NCBI GenBank assembly: GCA_963805305.1
Contig: CAWDTM010000008.1
Location: forward strand, 628,620-692,619
Length of the DNA stretch: 64,000 nt
Direction of reading: 5' to 3'
Origin: an uncultured Chloroflexia bacterium
GTDB lineage: Bacteria; Chloroflexota; Limnocylindria; QHBO01
This document shows positions 28,406 to 38,748 of the stretch, one piece after another; the first letter of the stretch is position 1, and each line of letters begins with the position of its first letter. Made by a program: the position numbers and the translations under genes. Below the pieces are notes generated by a model. It was not told the DNA's origin. It saw only the letters and a program-made list of their open reading frames with translations, and searched no databases.

Positions 28406-30189
28406 CCACGGAGACCCGGACACCCGCGCAGGCCGCGAGGGGCGGGACCTTCCTGACCGGTCCGGCGCCTGCGGCAGGCGTCTTCACCCCCGAACAGCTC
28501 TCCGACGAGCACCGCGCGATCCGCGATGCGGTCGGCGCCTTCGTCGAGAAGGAGGTCCTCCCCCGCCGTGATGCCGTCGAGGGGACGGGCGGCAAGGACT
28601 ACGCCGTCCACCGGGCCCTCCTGGAGCGGCTCGGTCGTGACGGGTACCTGGGGATCGACGTCCCGGAGGCCTACGGCGGTGCCGGGCTGGACCGCATCAG
28701 CTCCCTCGTGGTCAACGAAGCCATGGCCGGCGCGGGCTCGTTCGCCGTCACGTACGCGGCGCACACCGGGATCGGGACGCTGCCCACCGTGTTCTTCGGG
28801 ACCAATGAGCAGAAGGAGCGGTATCTCCCCGGTCTGGCCGATGGCACGATCGTGGGCGCCTATGCCCTCACCGAGCCGGGCGCCGGGTCCGACGCCATGG
28901 GGATCCGAACCCGGGCGACCCGCGAGCCGGACGGCTCCTGGCGCCTGGACGGCGCGAAGCAGTTCATCACCAACGCCGCCTTCGCCGATCTCTTCACCGT
29001 GTACGCCAAGATCGACGGCGAGCAGTTCACGGCCTTCCTCGTCGAGCGCGACACACCTGGCCTGACCATTGGGCGCGAGGAGGAGAAGATGGGCCTCCAC
29101 GGCGCCTCGACCTGCCCGGTCACCCTGGACGGGGTCGTGGTTCCGGCCGGCAACCTCCTGGGCGAGCCGGGAAAGGGCCACCGGGTCGCCTTCAACGTCC
29201 TGAACGTCGGCCGGTTCAAGCTGGGCGCGGCCTGCCTGGGCGGGATGCGCCCGGCACTCGCGGTGGCCACGCGGTATGCGAAGGACCGATCCGCGTTCGG
29301 CCGCAAGCTGGCGGATTTTCCGCTCATGGGGGCCAAGCTGGCCGGGATCGCGGCGCGCACCTACGCGGTCGAATCGTCCGTGTACCGCATCGCGGGGCTC
29401 CTGGAGGGAAGCCTCGCGGCAGCAGAGGACGCCGCCTCGCCCGATGCCGTCCGCAGCGCGCTCGAGGAGTACGCCGTCGAGTGCAGCGTGGCCAAGGTCC
29501 TCGCCAGCGAGGAGCTGGGCGCGGTCGTGGACGAGGTGGTCCAGATCCACGGCGGGTACGGCTACATCGAGGAGTACCCCGCGGCGGGCTTCTACCGCGA
29601 CGCACGGATCCATCGCATCTGGGAGGGCACCAGCGAGATCAACCGCCTCCTCATCCCGGGGACGCTGCTGAAGCGGGCGATGACCGGTCGGCTGGATCTG
29701 CTGGGTCCCGCGCAGCGCTCGTCCGATCTCCTGATGGGCGGCGAGCTGCCCGCCTTCGATGGGGCGTTTGCCGCGGAGGACGCGGCCGTATTCGCCACGC
29801 GTACCGTCACCCTGCTCCTCGCAGGCGCGGCCGTGCAGCGCCATGCGACGGCCCTCGAAGAGCAGCAGGAGCTGCTTGCCGGCCTCGCGGACCTGGCCAT
29901 CGACCTGTTCGCGATGGAGAGCAGCGTGGAGCGAGCCCGCCAGGCGGCGAGCGCCGGCGGGGCATTGGCATCTGTGCACGCGGATCTCGCGCGGCTGATC
30001 GTGGCGGACCGGCTGGGTGCCGTCGAGCGCCGCGCAAAGGGCCTGGCCGCGTCGGTGGCCAGCGGGGACGAGGCACGCACCCTGGTCGCTGGCATTCGGC
30101 GCATCCTCCGCGCCGATCCGGTGGATGTCATTGGCGTTGCCCGGCGGATCGCCGCCGCGGTGGTGGAGCGCGGAGGGTATCCGGTCTAG
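28402..30189 (+). CDS. fadE: acyl-CoA dehydrogenase
   Basis: ACAD fold, ATGA overlap with fadA. 595 aa. Confidence 0.8.
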   Translation: MTTETRTPAQAARGGTFLTGPAPAAGVFTPEQLSDEHRAIRDAVGAFVEKEVLPRRDAVEGTGGKDYAVHRALLERLGRDGYLGIDVPEAYGGAGLDRISSLVVNEAMAGAGSFAVTYAAHTGIGTLPTVFFGTNEQKERYLPGLADGTIVGAYALTEPGAGSDAMGIRTRATREPDGSWRLDGAKQFITNAAFADLFTVYAKIDGEQFTAFLVERDTPGLTIGREEEKMGLHGASTCPVTLDGVVVPAGNLLGEPGKGHRVAFNVLNVGRFKLGAACLGGMRPALAVATRYAKDRSAFGRKLADFPLMGAKLAGIAARTYAVESSVYRIAGLLEGSLAAAEDAASPDAVRSALEEYAVECSVAKVLASEELGAVVDEVVQIHGGYGYIEEYPAAGFYRDARIHRIWEGTSEINRLLIPGTLLKRAMTGRLDLLGPAQRSSDLLMGGELPAFDGAFAAEDAAVFATRTVTLLLAGAAVQRHATALEEQQELLAGLADLAIDLFAMESSVERARQAASAGGALASVHADLARLIVADRLGAVERRAKGLAASVASGDEARTLVAGIRRILRADPVDVIGVARRIAAAVVERGGYPV

Positions 30190-30203
30190 CGAGCGAGGCG
30201 ACC

Positions 30204-31922
30204 ATGACTGCCAGCCCAACAACGATGCAGCCTGCCAGGGCGGATCGGCCGTGGCTGGCCCACTACGAGGCCGGCGTCCCGGCGGAGATCCAGGTCCCCG
30301 AGCTGACCGTGGACGGCCTGCTGCGCCGGGCGGCGGAGCAGCATCCGGGGCGGACCGCGCTCGTCTTCTTCGGTGCGAGGACCAGCTATCGGCAGCTCGA
30401 TGCCGCGGTGGACCGCTTCGCCCACGTCCTGCACGGGATGGGGATTGGGCATGGCGATCGGGTCAGCCTGCATCTGCCGACCTCGCCGGCCTTCGTGATC
30501 GCCTTCATGGGAGCCCTGCGCGCCGGCGCGGTGGTGGTGTCGATGTCGCCGCTCTACGTCGAGCGCGAGCTTGGCATCCTGTTCGAGCAGACCCGGCCAA
30601 GCGTCGCGGTGGTCCTGGACGCCCTGGTCCCACGCCTCCGGCGCCTCAGCGGGGACCCTGGCGTGCCGGACCGGATGATCGTGACCGGAATCCAGGACTC
30701 GTTGCCCATCCCGCTGCGCTGGCTGTACCCGATCAAGGCGCGGCGCGACGGGACCTGGCATCCGTTGCCGCACACCCCGGAGACGCCGAACCTGTTCCGT
30801 CTGCTGGCCGAGGCACCGTCCGGGCCGTTCGTCTCCGCCGCGGCGCCGGACGACATCGCAGTCCTGCAACCGACCGGCGGCACGACCGGCACCCCCAAGG
30901 CCGCCATGCTCACCCACCGCAACCTCGTGGCGAACGCCGAGCAGGTCTCCGTGTGGTTCCCCGGCGCGGACGAGTTCCCGGTGGTGTTGGCCGCGCTCCC
31001 GTTCTTCCACATCTATGGACTGACCGTGGACCTCGACTACGCGATGCTGCGTGCCGGGACCTTGATCCTGCTCCCCCGCTTCGATCCGCACCAGGTCTTC
31101 GCCGCCATCGCGAAGCATCGACCCAGCCTCTTTCCCGGCGCCCCGATCATGTACCAGACCCTCGCCAACCACCCGGACGCGGCGAAGTACGACCTCAAGA
31201 GCATTCGCGCCTGCATCAGCGGCGCGGCGCCGCTCGCACCGGAGGTGCAGAACGGATTCGAGGCGGCAACCGGCGGCCGGGTGGTCGAGGGCTATGGGCT
31301 CACGGAGGCTGCGCCGGTCACGCACTGCAACCCGGTGATGGGCGAACGGCGCAATGGAACCATTGGCCTGCCGTTCCCCGGCACGGAGGCGCGCGTGGTC
31401 CGTCCCGGAGGCGGCGAACCCCTCCCGGTGGGCGAGGTCGGCGAGCTGGAGGTGCGCGGTCCCCAGGTGATGAGCGGCTACTGGGAGCGTCCGGAGGAAA
31501 CGGCCGCGGTCCTGCGCGACGGCTGGCTGTGCACCGGGGACATGGCTCGTATGTCGCCCGACGGGTACTTCACCATCGTCGACCGCAAGAAGGACCTCGT
31601 CATCGTGGGAGGCATGAACGTCTATCCCCGAGAGGTCGAGGAAGTGCTGCTCAGCCATCCGGCGGTCCGCGAAGCGGCCGTCATCGGCGTGGCGGAGGAG
31701 CGGCACGGGGAGGTGCCCCGCGCCTTCGTGGTCCTCAACCCGGGAGCATCGGTGACATCCGAAGCGCTCGTGAAGCACTGCGAGGGGAACCTGGCACGGT
31801 TCAAGGTGCCACGCACGATCGAGTTCCGGGCCGAGCTCCCCAAGACCATGATCGGAAAGGTGCTCCGCCGGGACCTGCGCGCGGAGGTGGAGCGCGAAGG
31901 CGCGAACGACGACCGACGGTAG
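30204..31922 (+). CDS. fadD: long-chain fatty acid--CoA ligase
   Basis: AMP-binding motifs (LQPTGGTTGTPKAAMLTHRNL; GYGLTEAAPV; VGGMNVYPREVEEVL). Confidence 0.85.
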   Translation: MTASPTTMQPARADRPWLAHYEAGVPAEIQVPELTVDGLLRRAAEQHPGRTALVFFGARTSYRQLDAAVDRFAHVLHGMGIGHGDRVSLHLPTSPAFVIAFMGALRAGAVVVSMSPLYVERELGILFEQTRPSVAVVLDALVPRLRRLSGDPGVPDRMIVTGIQDSLPIPLRWLYPIKARRDGTWHPLPHTPETPNLFRLLAEAPSGPFVSAAAPDDIAVLQPTGGTTGTPKAAMLTHRNLVANAEQVSVWFPGADEFPVVLAALPFFHIYGLTVDLDYAMLRAGTLILLPRFDPHQVFAAIAKHRPSLFPGAPIMYQTLANHPDAAKYDLKSIRACISGAAPLAPEVQNGFEAATGGRVVEGYGLTEAAPVTHCNPVMGERRNGTIGLPFPGTEARVVRPGGGEPLPVGEVGELEVRGPQVMSGYWERPEETAAVLRDGWLCTGDMARMSPDGYFTIVDRKKDLVIVGGMNVYPREVEEVLLSHPAVREAAVIGVAEERHGEVPRAFVVLNPGASVTSEALVKHCEGNLARFKVPRTIEFRAELPKTMIGKVLRRDLRAEVEREGANDDRR

Positions 31923-31989
31923 ACGCCATTGGTCCCTCCTGGACGCGGCTGCGATGATGAGTGGCCGCAAACCCGAGGAGGAAGGATCC

Positions 31990-32367
31990 ATGGCCGAGCA
32001 TCCGAACGCGGCCCTTGTGCGCCGTTCCATTGATGCCATGAACAAGGGCGACGCCGATGCCATCACCGCTGCGTTGGCGCCCGACGTCGAATGGCACGAG
32101 ATCGGCCGGGATGACGCCATCCACGGCCTCCAGGCGCTGGGCGAGCGCTACAGCCAGGGAACTGCCGACTTCACGATCACCGGGACCATCCACGACGTCG
32201 TGGCCAACGACGACCACGTGGTGGCCCTGGTCGAGGCGGAGGCGGATCGCAACGGGAAGCACCTGTCCTACCGGACCGCGGAGATATTCCACGTGAAGGA
32301 CGGCAGGATCACCGCCCGATGGGCCTTCTCGGACGACACCGCCGCCATCAACGCCTTCTTCGCCTGA
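31990..32367 (+). CDS. SnoaL-like / NTF2-fold protein
   Basis: 125-aa ORF with a SnoaL-type pattern (WHEIG...RITARWAF). Confidence 0.55.
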   Translation: MAEHPNAALVRRSIDAMNKGDADAITAALAPDVEWHEIGRDDAIHGLQALGERYSQGTADFTITGTIHDVVANDDHVVALVEAEADRNGKHLSYRTAEIFHVKDGRITARWAFSDDTAAINAFFA

Positions 32368-32386
32368 CCAACCCGGGTCGCGGCCG

Positions 32387-35300
32387 ATGTCGGGCCCGCT
32401 GCCCCCTGCTCCAGCAGCCGAAGGCCGCGGGAGCGATAATCGGCGCGTGGCCCTCTCCGATACCGAGCAGACCAGCGGGGAGATCGGCAAGCCCACCGAG
32501 ACCCCATGGGTCCAGACGCTTGGCGGCAGTGCGCTGGACCCGCGCGTCCAGCCGCAATGCTCGCTCGTGGTCCAGATGCGGCGGGTCACCGGTTCGCTGG
32601 TCGGGCGGTCGAGCGAGCTGGCCACCATCACCAAGGAGCTCAAAGAGGCGGCGGATCGGCTCTGTGCGCTGACCCTGGAGGGTGAGCCCGGTGTCGGCAA
32701 GACGCGCCTCCTGCTGGCCGCGGCCGAGATGGCGGCCAGCTCCGGCTTCACGGTTGTCGCGGTCACCGCCGACGAGGAGATACGCGGGCCCTTCCTGCTG
32801 GCGCAGAGCATCTTCGCGGCGCCGGCCCTGCGGGACGTCATCGGCGGCACCCCGGCCGACGAGGCCGTCCAGCGCGTCATCGAGGCCATCTCCGGGCGGA
32901 GCGAGCCGGGCCTCGAGACGCTGGGTGCCGACTCGAAGGTTCTGCGCGCCTTCGACCTGGCCGGCATGGCCCTAGGTTCGGTGGCATCGCAGCGACCGCT
33001 TGCCCTCCTGATCGACGATGCGCAGTGGGCCGATGCCGACACCCTGCGCCTCCTGCGCTACGTCGTCCGCGCCGATGCCGACCGTCCGATCTTCCTGCTG
33101 CTCACCATTCGGCCTGACGAGTTCGCCACGGTCACGGAGGCCGTGAACTTCGTCGCGGACATGGAGCGGATGGGCCTGGTGCACCGCATGCGCCCGGGCC
33201 GCTTCAGCCAGCTGGAGAGCGGCGAGCTGGCGCGCCAGGTCCTGGGCGGCAGCATCGACCCCGCCTCGGGGGCCGCCATCCACAGCCAGTCGGAGGGCGT
33301 GCCGTTCATCATCGAGGAGCTGGTCCGCACCTACCGCGAGGCCGGGATGATCCAGCAGATCGACGGCGCCTGGACGCTGGGTCGCAACGCGGCGAAGCTC
33401 GTCCCCTCCGCGGTGCGGACCCTCATCGCGCGGCGCTCTGCCCGCCTGCCCGCCGAGACGCGTTCGATCCTTTCCGACGCCGCGGTCCTGGGGCGCAGCT
33501 TCAGCCTGCGTGACCTGCGCGAGATTCGCTCCCGCCTGGACGGGGCGACCGACGCCCCTGGCGCCCTGGCCGATGCGCTGGCCCCCGCGACCGCGGCAGG
33601 TCTCCTCCTCCGGCATGCCGAGGGAGCGCCCGCCGACTACACGTTCACCCATGAGCAGGTCCGCGAGTTCGCCACCAGCGAGCTGTCGCAGGCACGCCGG
33701 CGCGCGGTGCATCGAACCATCGTCGATCTGCTCCTCGAGGCCGGCGAGCCCACGCCGGCTGCGCTTCCCCTCATTGCCCATCACGCGCTCGCAGGGGGCG
33801 ACGCGGAACGCGCGGCGCGCCTCTCCATCGATGCCGCCCACGCGGCTCTGCAGGCCAATGCCCCCGAGGAGGCACTGCGCCTCGTGGTCCAGGCCCTCCC
33901 CAACGTGGCCAGCTCGCAGGACCGCCGCCAGCTCCTGGTCGCCCGTGACGACGCCTACGCCAGCCTGCGCAATGCGGAGGATCGCCTGGAGGGCCTGGCC
34001 GAGCTGGCCGCCCTGGCGGAGGCCATGGGCGAGCCGGCCCTGGAGCTCGACGTGCAGCTGCGGCGGGCGGCGGCCCTCCGTCTTGCCCACGACGAGGAGG
34101 GGGCCGCAGACCTCGCGCGGCGCGTGCAGGCCCGGGCGGCACAGCACGATGACGCCCGATCCGAGCTGCGCGCCGCCCTGGAGCTGGGCCAGGCGCTCAT
34201 GCGCTCGGCGCTGGGTGAGTCCTTCGGGGCATCGGCGGTCGAGGTCGACCTGGATGGCGCTGAGGCGGCCTACCGGGCGGCGATCGCCCTGGCCGAGCGG
34301 CTCGGTGATCAGCGGAGCCTGGCGGGCGCCCTGCGTGAGCTGGCCATGATCCTGCTCTCGCGCATTCGAGCCTGGTTCGTGGGGCAGGTCCAGACCGGGG
34401 AGGTCATGGCCCTCAGCCAGCGCGTCCTTGCCGGAGAGGCCGTCGACGCGGTGCTGTCGACCACGGTGGTCGCGCCCCAGGTCGTCGAGACCACTGCGTG
34501 CCTGGAGCGCGCACTGGCCATCTACGAGGAGCTGGGCGACCGGACCGGCGTGATGTCCACGGTCATCGCCATGGCCTACGTGAACTACGCGCCCACCATC
34601 CACATCAGCTCGTCGGCCCGGCATCTCGAGGAGATCCGGCGGGTGACCTCCCGCCTCTCGGACCTGGTCACGGAGAGCGAGCGTGCCCGCCAGGAGCTCC
34701 AGATGCTGTATGGCGTCCACGTCTACGCCCGGGCCAAGGTGGTCCCCGACCTGATGATCGCGCGCGGGGTTGAGGCGCACCGCATGGCCCGCCTCCTCGG
34801 CGATCGCTCCATCGAGTTCCTCGCCGCCGGCGGGGTGGCCATGAGCCACCTGGATCTTGGCGAGCAGTCCGATGCGGAGGAATGGGTGAGCCGCGCCGCG
34901 ACGGCTGCGGCCGCCTCCCCCACCCCACTGCGTGCGCGACAGCTCGCCCGGTGGCGCGGCCTGTGCAGCACCGCCGCGCGGAACGCCGAGGGCCTGCGCG
35001 AGCACCTGGGGCAGGCGGTGCAGATGGCGACCGACACGGGCCGGCCGGCGGCTCGCTGCGAGGCGCTCTCAGAGCTGGCGCTGGCCGCAGCGCGCCTGGG
35101 TGCCGCCAGCGGCGACGAGGGCCTTCTGGACCTGGGCGAGCGTTCCGCGCACGAGGGGCTCGAGCTGATCGGGGTCCTTCCCGGCCACGCGCCGTGGGGC
35201 GCCCGATCCCAGGCCGCCCTCGCAGCGGTTGCCCTGGCGCGAGGCGAGCGCGAACGAGCAGCGGCCGCCGGAGGAACCGCGATCCAGGCGCTCCAGGAGG

Positions 35301-35749
35301 CGCTCCAGGAGGACAGCAACCTCGACATCCTGCTTCCCGCGGCACGGGCCGTCCTGGCCGGTGGGCCCCCGGAGGCACAGCAGATGACCCGATGGTGGCT
35401 GCAGATGACCCTCTCACGGATCGCCCAGGGCGTCGTCGACGACGAGGTGCGCGTCCGCTGGCTCCGGGGCCCCGTGGGTGGCGAGCTCGCGGAGCTCGCC
35501 GGACCCATGGACGAGCCGGCTCCCGCGCCCGCCGGCGCGAATGGCGGCGAGGTCGGCGCGCTGGACCCCGCCGACCGGGAGCTCCTGCGGCTGCTCACCC
35601 AGGGGAGCACCAACCGGGAGATCGCCGAGCAGCTGGCACTCGACGAGAACGAGGTCGCCCAGCGACTCGCCAGGCTACTGGCCGCCATCGGCGCATCCAC
35701 CCGGGCGCAGGCCACCTCGCTCGCCTTCCGCAGCGTGGCCCGGTCATGA
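32387..35749 (+). CDS. LuxR-family regulator with N-terminal STAND/AAA ATPase and TPR region
   Basis: Walker A GEPGVGKTRLL, long helical repeat region, C-terminal LuxR HTH (LTQGSTNREIAEQLALDENEVAQRLARLL). 1120 aa. Confidence 0.8.
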   Translation: MSGPLPPAPAAEGRGSDNRRVALSDTEQTSGEIGKPTETPWVQTLGGSALDPRVQPQCSLVVQMRRVTGSLVGRSSELATITKELKEAADRLCALTLEGEPGVGKTRLLLAAAEMAASSGFTVVAVTADEEIRGPFLLAQSIFAAPALRDVIGGTPADEAVQRVIEAISGRSEPGLETLGADSKVLRAFDLAGMALGSVASQRPLALLIDDAQWADADTLRLLRYVVRADADRPIFLLLTIRPDEFATVTEAVNFVADMERMGLVHRMRPGRFSQLESGELARQVLGGSIDPASGAAIHSQSEGVPFIIEELVRTYREAGMIQQIDGAWTLGRNAAKLVPSAVRTLIARRSARLPAETRSILSDAAVLGRSFSLRDLREIRSRLDGATDAPGALADALAPATAAGLLLRHAEGAPADYTFTHEQVREFATSELSQARRRAVHRTIVDLLLEAGEPTPAALPLIAHHALAGGDAERAARLSIDAAHAALQANAPEEALRLVVQALPNVASSQDRRQLLVARDDAYASLRNAEDRLEGLAELAALAEAMGEPALELDVQLRRAAALRLAHDEEGAADLARRVQARAAQHDDARSELRAALELGQALMRSALGESFGASAVEVDLDGAEAAYRAAIALAERLGDQRSLAGALRELAMILLSRIRAWFVGQVQTGEVMALSQRVLAGEAVDAVLSTTVVAPQVVETTACLERALAIYEELGDRTGVMSTVIAMAYVNYAPTIHISSSARHLEEIRRVTSRLSDLVTESERARQELQMLYGVHVYARAKVVPDLMIARGVEAHRMARLLGDRSIEFLAAGGVAMSHLDLGEQSDAEEWVSRAATAAAASPTPLRARQLARWRGLCSTAARNAEGLREHLGQAVQMATDTGRPAARCEALSELALAAARLGAASGDEGLLDLGERSAHEGLELIGVLPGHAPWGARSQAALAAVALARGERERAAAAGGTAIQALQEALQEDSNLDILLPAARAVLAGGPPEAQQMTRWWLQMTLSRIAQGVVDDEVRVRWLRGPVGGELAELAGPMDEPAPAPAGANGGEVGALDPADRELLRLLTQGSTNREIAEQLALDENEVAQRLARLLAAIGASTRAQATSLAFRSVARS

Positions 35750-35762
35750 GGGAGCGCGGCGC

Positions 35763-36497
35763 ATGCTGAAGGCGCGCGTGGACCGGCACAAGTGCATTGG
35801 GGCCGGCAACTGCATCACCATCGCGCCCACCGCCTTCGACTGGCTCAAGGGAGACTTCGGCAAGGCCGATGTCGTCGGACCGGGGAGCGTGGAGGAAGAG
35901 CTGCTGCGCACTGCCGCGGACGCCTGCCCCACCGCCGCGATCATCATCGAGGACGTCGAGGAGCTGCTGCCCTGGCAGCTGCGCGGCAAGGCGGGACCGT
36001 CGCGGCGGGTGCTGAAGACCTTCATGTTCACCGACATCGTTGGCTCGACGAACCTCGTCGAGGCCCTGGGCGACGAGGCCTGGGAGACGCTCCTGCGCTG
36101 GCACGACAACACGCTGCGCGAGATCTTCGCCGCGCATTCGGGCGAGGAGGTCTCTTCCACCGGGGACGGCTTCTTCGTGGGCTTCGACTCCCCGGATCTG
36201 GCACTGGCCACGGCCGTGGCCGTCCAGCAGCGCCTGGCAGAGCATCGCGCCAAGAACGGGTTCGCGCCTCAGGTCCGGATCGGGATCCATGTCTCCGACG
36301 CGACCCAGGCCGGTGGCTCGTTCAGCGGGAAGGGCGTCCACGAGGCGGCACGGATTGCCGCCCTCGCCTCCGGGGGCGAGATCCTCGCCAGCGTCGCCAC
36401 CGTGGCCGACACCGCCATCCCCACCTCGGCGCCCCGCAGCGTGATGCTGAAGGGCCTCTCCGAGCCCGTGGACGTCGTCGCGGTGGAGTGGCGCTAG
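35763..36497 (+). CDS. ferredoxin (single [4Fe-4S]-type) fused to class III nucleotidyl cyclase domain
   Basis: N-terminus RVDRHKCIGAGNCITIAPTAF...ADACPTAAI (Cx2..Cx..C ferredoxin pattern). Then a cyclase domain FMFTDIVGST...STGDGFFVGF...RIGIHVSD. Starts 13 nt after the LuxR-STAND stop. Confidence 0.75.
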   Translation: MLKARVDRHKCIGAGNCITIAPTAFDWLKGDFGKADVVGPGSVEEELLRTAADACPTAAIIIEDVEELLPWQLRGKAGPSRRVLKTFMFTDIVGSTNLVEALGDEAWETLLRWHDNTLREIFAAHSGEEVSSTGDGFFVGFDSPDLALATAVAVQQRLAEHRAKNGFAPQVRIGIHVSDATQAGGSFSGKGVHEAARIAALASGGEILASVATVADTAIPTSAPRSVMLKGLSEPVDVVAVEWR

Positions 36498-36537
36498 GAC
36501 CTGCCCGCCGGCCGCCGCCCGCCGCTCCCACGACCGC

Positions 36538-36568
36538 TTGACTCTTACGTTACGTAAGGGTGCATAGT
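36538..36568 (+). promoter_or_regulatory. MerR-type promoter: TTGACT - 19-bp spacer with perfect palindrome CTTACGT-T-ACGTAAG - CATAGT
   Basis: -35 TTGACT at 36538-36543, 19-nt spacer carrying the 7-1-7 inverted repeat, -10-like CATAGT. Immediately upstream of the TipA-like MerR gene. Confidence 0.55.
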
Positions 36569-36575
36569 GCCGCCC

Positions 36576-37355
36576 ATGAACGAATCGGCGGGGGCGAACA
36601 GTCTCAGGGTGGGTGCCGTGGCCCGCATGGCGGGCATCACGGTGCGGACCCTGCACCATTACGACCAGATCGGGCTGCTCCGGCCGGCCGGGCGCTCGGA
36701 TGCGGGCTATCGGCGCTATACCGATGCCGACCTCGAGCGCCTGCAGCAGATCCTCTTCTATCGGGAGCTGGGGTTCGCCCTCGACGAGATCGAGCAGGTC
36801 ATGGCCCGCGGAGCCGCCAGCCCGCTGCTCCACCTTCGGCGGCAGCACGCCCTGCTGCTCGACCGGATCACACGACTCAGGCGGATGGCCACGGCCGTCG
36901 AGAAGGCAATGGAGGCACGAACCATGGGAATCTCACTCACCCCCGAGGAGCGGCTCGAGGTCTTCGGCGACTTCGACCCCGAAGAGCATGCGGCCGAGGT
37001 GCAGGAGCGCTGGGGCGACTCGGACGCGTACCGCGAGTCGCAGCGCCGCGCAGCGCGCTACACGAAGGCTGACTGGGCCCGGATCCGCGACGAGATGGCG
37101 GCGATCACGGAGCGTGCCGCCGCGGCGCTGCGGTCCGGACTGCCTGCCGACGCAACGGAGGCGATGGACGCCGTCGAGGCGCATCGGCTGCAGATCAGCC
37201 GCGACTTCTATCCGTGCTCGCACGAGATCCATGTCGGCCTGGCCGAGATGTACGTCGCAGATCCGCGGTTCACGGCAACGTACGAGAAGGTTGCGCCGGG
37301 CCTGGCGCAGTACGTCCACGACGCGATCCTGGCCAACGCCGCCCGCCATCCCTGA
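36576..37355 (+). CDS. MerR family transcriptional regulator, TipA-like (HTH + TipAS drug-binding domain)
   Basis: MerR HTH VGAVARMAGITVRTLHHYDQIGLL plus a C-terminal TipAS-like domain. ATG at 36576 sits ~8 nt after the -10 box, so the mRNA may be leaderless. The ORF track uses GTG 36567. Confidence 0.8.
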   Translation: MNESAGANSLRVGAVARMAGITVRTLHHYDQIGLLRPAGRSDAGYRRYTDADLERLQQILFYRELGFALDEIEQVMARGAASPLLHLRRQHALLLDRITRLRRMATAVEKAMEARTMGISLTPEERLEVFGDFDPEEHAAEVQERWGDSDAYRESQRRAARYTKADWARIRDEMAAITERAAAALRSGLPADATEAMDAVEAHRLQISRDFYPCSHEIHVGLAEMYVADPRFTATYEKVAPGLAQYVHDAILANAARHP

Positions 37356-37492
37356 CGGGCTCGCCCCGCAGGAACCCGGGCAACGAGGCGGGTGTTGCAC
37401 GCCCGCAACCAACCCTCCTCCGAACGGGACAACCATGCCGGTTCGGCGGACGTGCGGTTACCGGCCCGGAACGATTTGGGTCAGGCGGGATC

Positions 37493-38563
37493 GGCGTAGC
37501 GCCAGGCGGATCGATACTCCCGGACGCAGCCGTAGCAGGTGCCGCCGTCCCACGGCTGGCGCGGGTGCCCGCAGGCATAGACCGATGTCGCGCGTTCGCG
37601 GGGCGGGAACGACGGCCGGGCGCCCACGCCCACGGCCACCGGCGCGACAGCGCGGGCGGGCGCGGCGGTGCTGGAGGCCGACAGGGGCGCGAGCGTGCGA
37701 GCATGGAGGGAGCGCGCGAACCGGGCGAAAGACGTATCGAGACCGCCCGTACGGAGCAGTGCTGCCCAGGCGCGAAAGGCGGGCGAGGTATCGGCGCGCT
37801 GCCAGACCTCGAGCAGGGGCTTCTCCCCGTCCTCGAGGACATGGAGCAGGTCGCGCCACACGGCTTCGCGCTCCGGTTCAAGCATGGTCCTGCGGCGAAC
37901 GCGCAGCGGGAGGTCGGCCGTATCGGCGAGGCCGTCGACGCGATCGATGAGCTGCGCATCCCCAACCGTGACCGGCTCCACCCAGACGGCAACCACGTCG
38001 TCGAGAGGCAGGGATCTGCGCGCGTTCAGCGCCAGCTCCACGCTCCGGGCCCGCGGCCGGTCGAGCGCCACGGCCAGGTCATGTCCGATCCGTGTTCGCT
38101 CGCTCCACGGGAATGCGTCCGAGGCGGGCCGCAGGAAGCACCGGTCCAGGTCGCCGGGATCCGAGAGCAGGTCGGTCGTCGCGTCGAAATCAGGGGCCGA
38201 GAACGGGCGCAGCGCGATCTGCACCGTCGCGGCGCGCTCGAGCACCCGGGGATGGAGCTGAAGGGTGATGGGACCCCGGAGGTTGGGCAGCATCCGCCAG
38301 CCGCGGGCGAACCCCTGGCCGACGTCATCGAGGTCCAGCAGGACGCGCTCCGGCTCGACGTGTGCGCGCTCGATCGGATCCGTCTCGTCCGCGGCGGAGG
38401 CCTGGCCGGCGCGTTGGAGCTCAGCCGGGGAGCCGACACCCGCCAGGCGCAGGTAGCCGGCGAAATCGGTCAGGCCGCAGGCATGCCACAGCGACGCCTC
38501 GCGCGCGCGCAGGGCGGCCACCATCGTCGCGACCTGGTTCGGACCGAACGAGTTCCCTCTCAT
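37493..38563 (-). CDS. hypothetical protein with C-terminal Cys cluster
   Basis: 356-aa ORF, no family recognised. C-terminus has CGHPRQPWDGGTCYGC. Confidence 0.4.
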
Positions 38564-38748
38564 GGGCGTGCGGCAGCGTAGGTGCCACGCCCCGCGGTGG
38601 TCGATGTGACGGAAGTCCTAGGCGTGGGTCGGCTTGGCGAACCCACCGCGCACAAACCGGCCGACATGGAGCACGATGCGCGACATGGACAAGCCCATCG
38701 TCCCCCGTTCCCGCACCGCCGAGGCCACGACCGCGGGGGAGGCACCGC

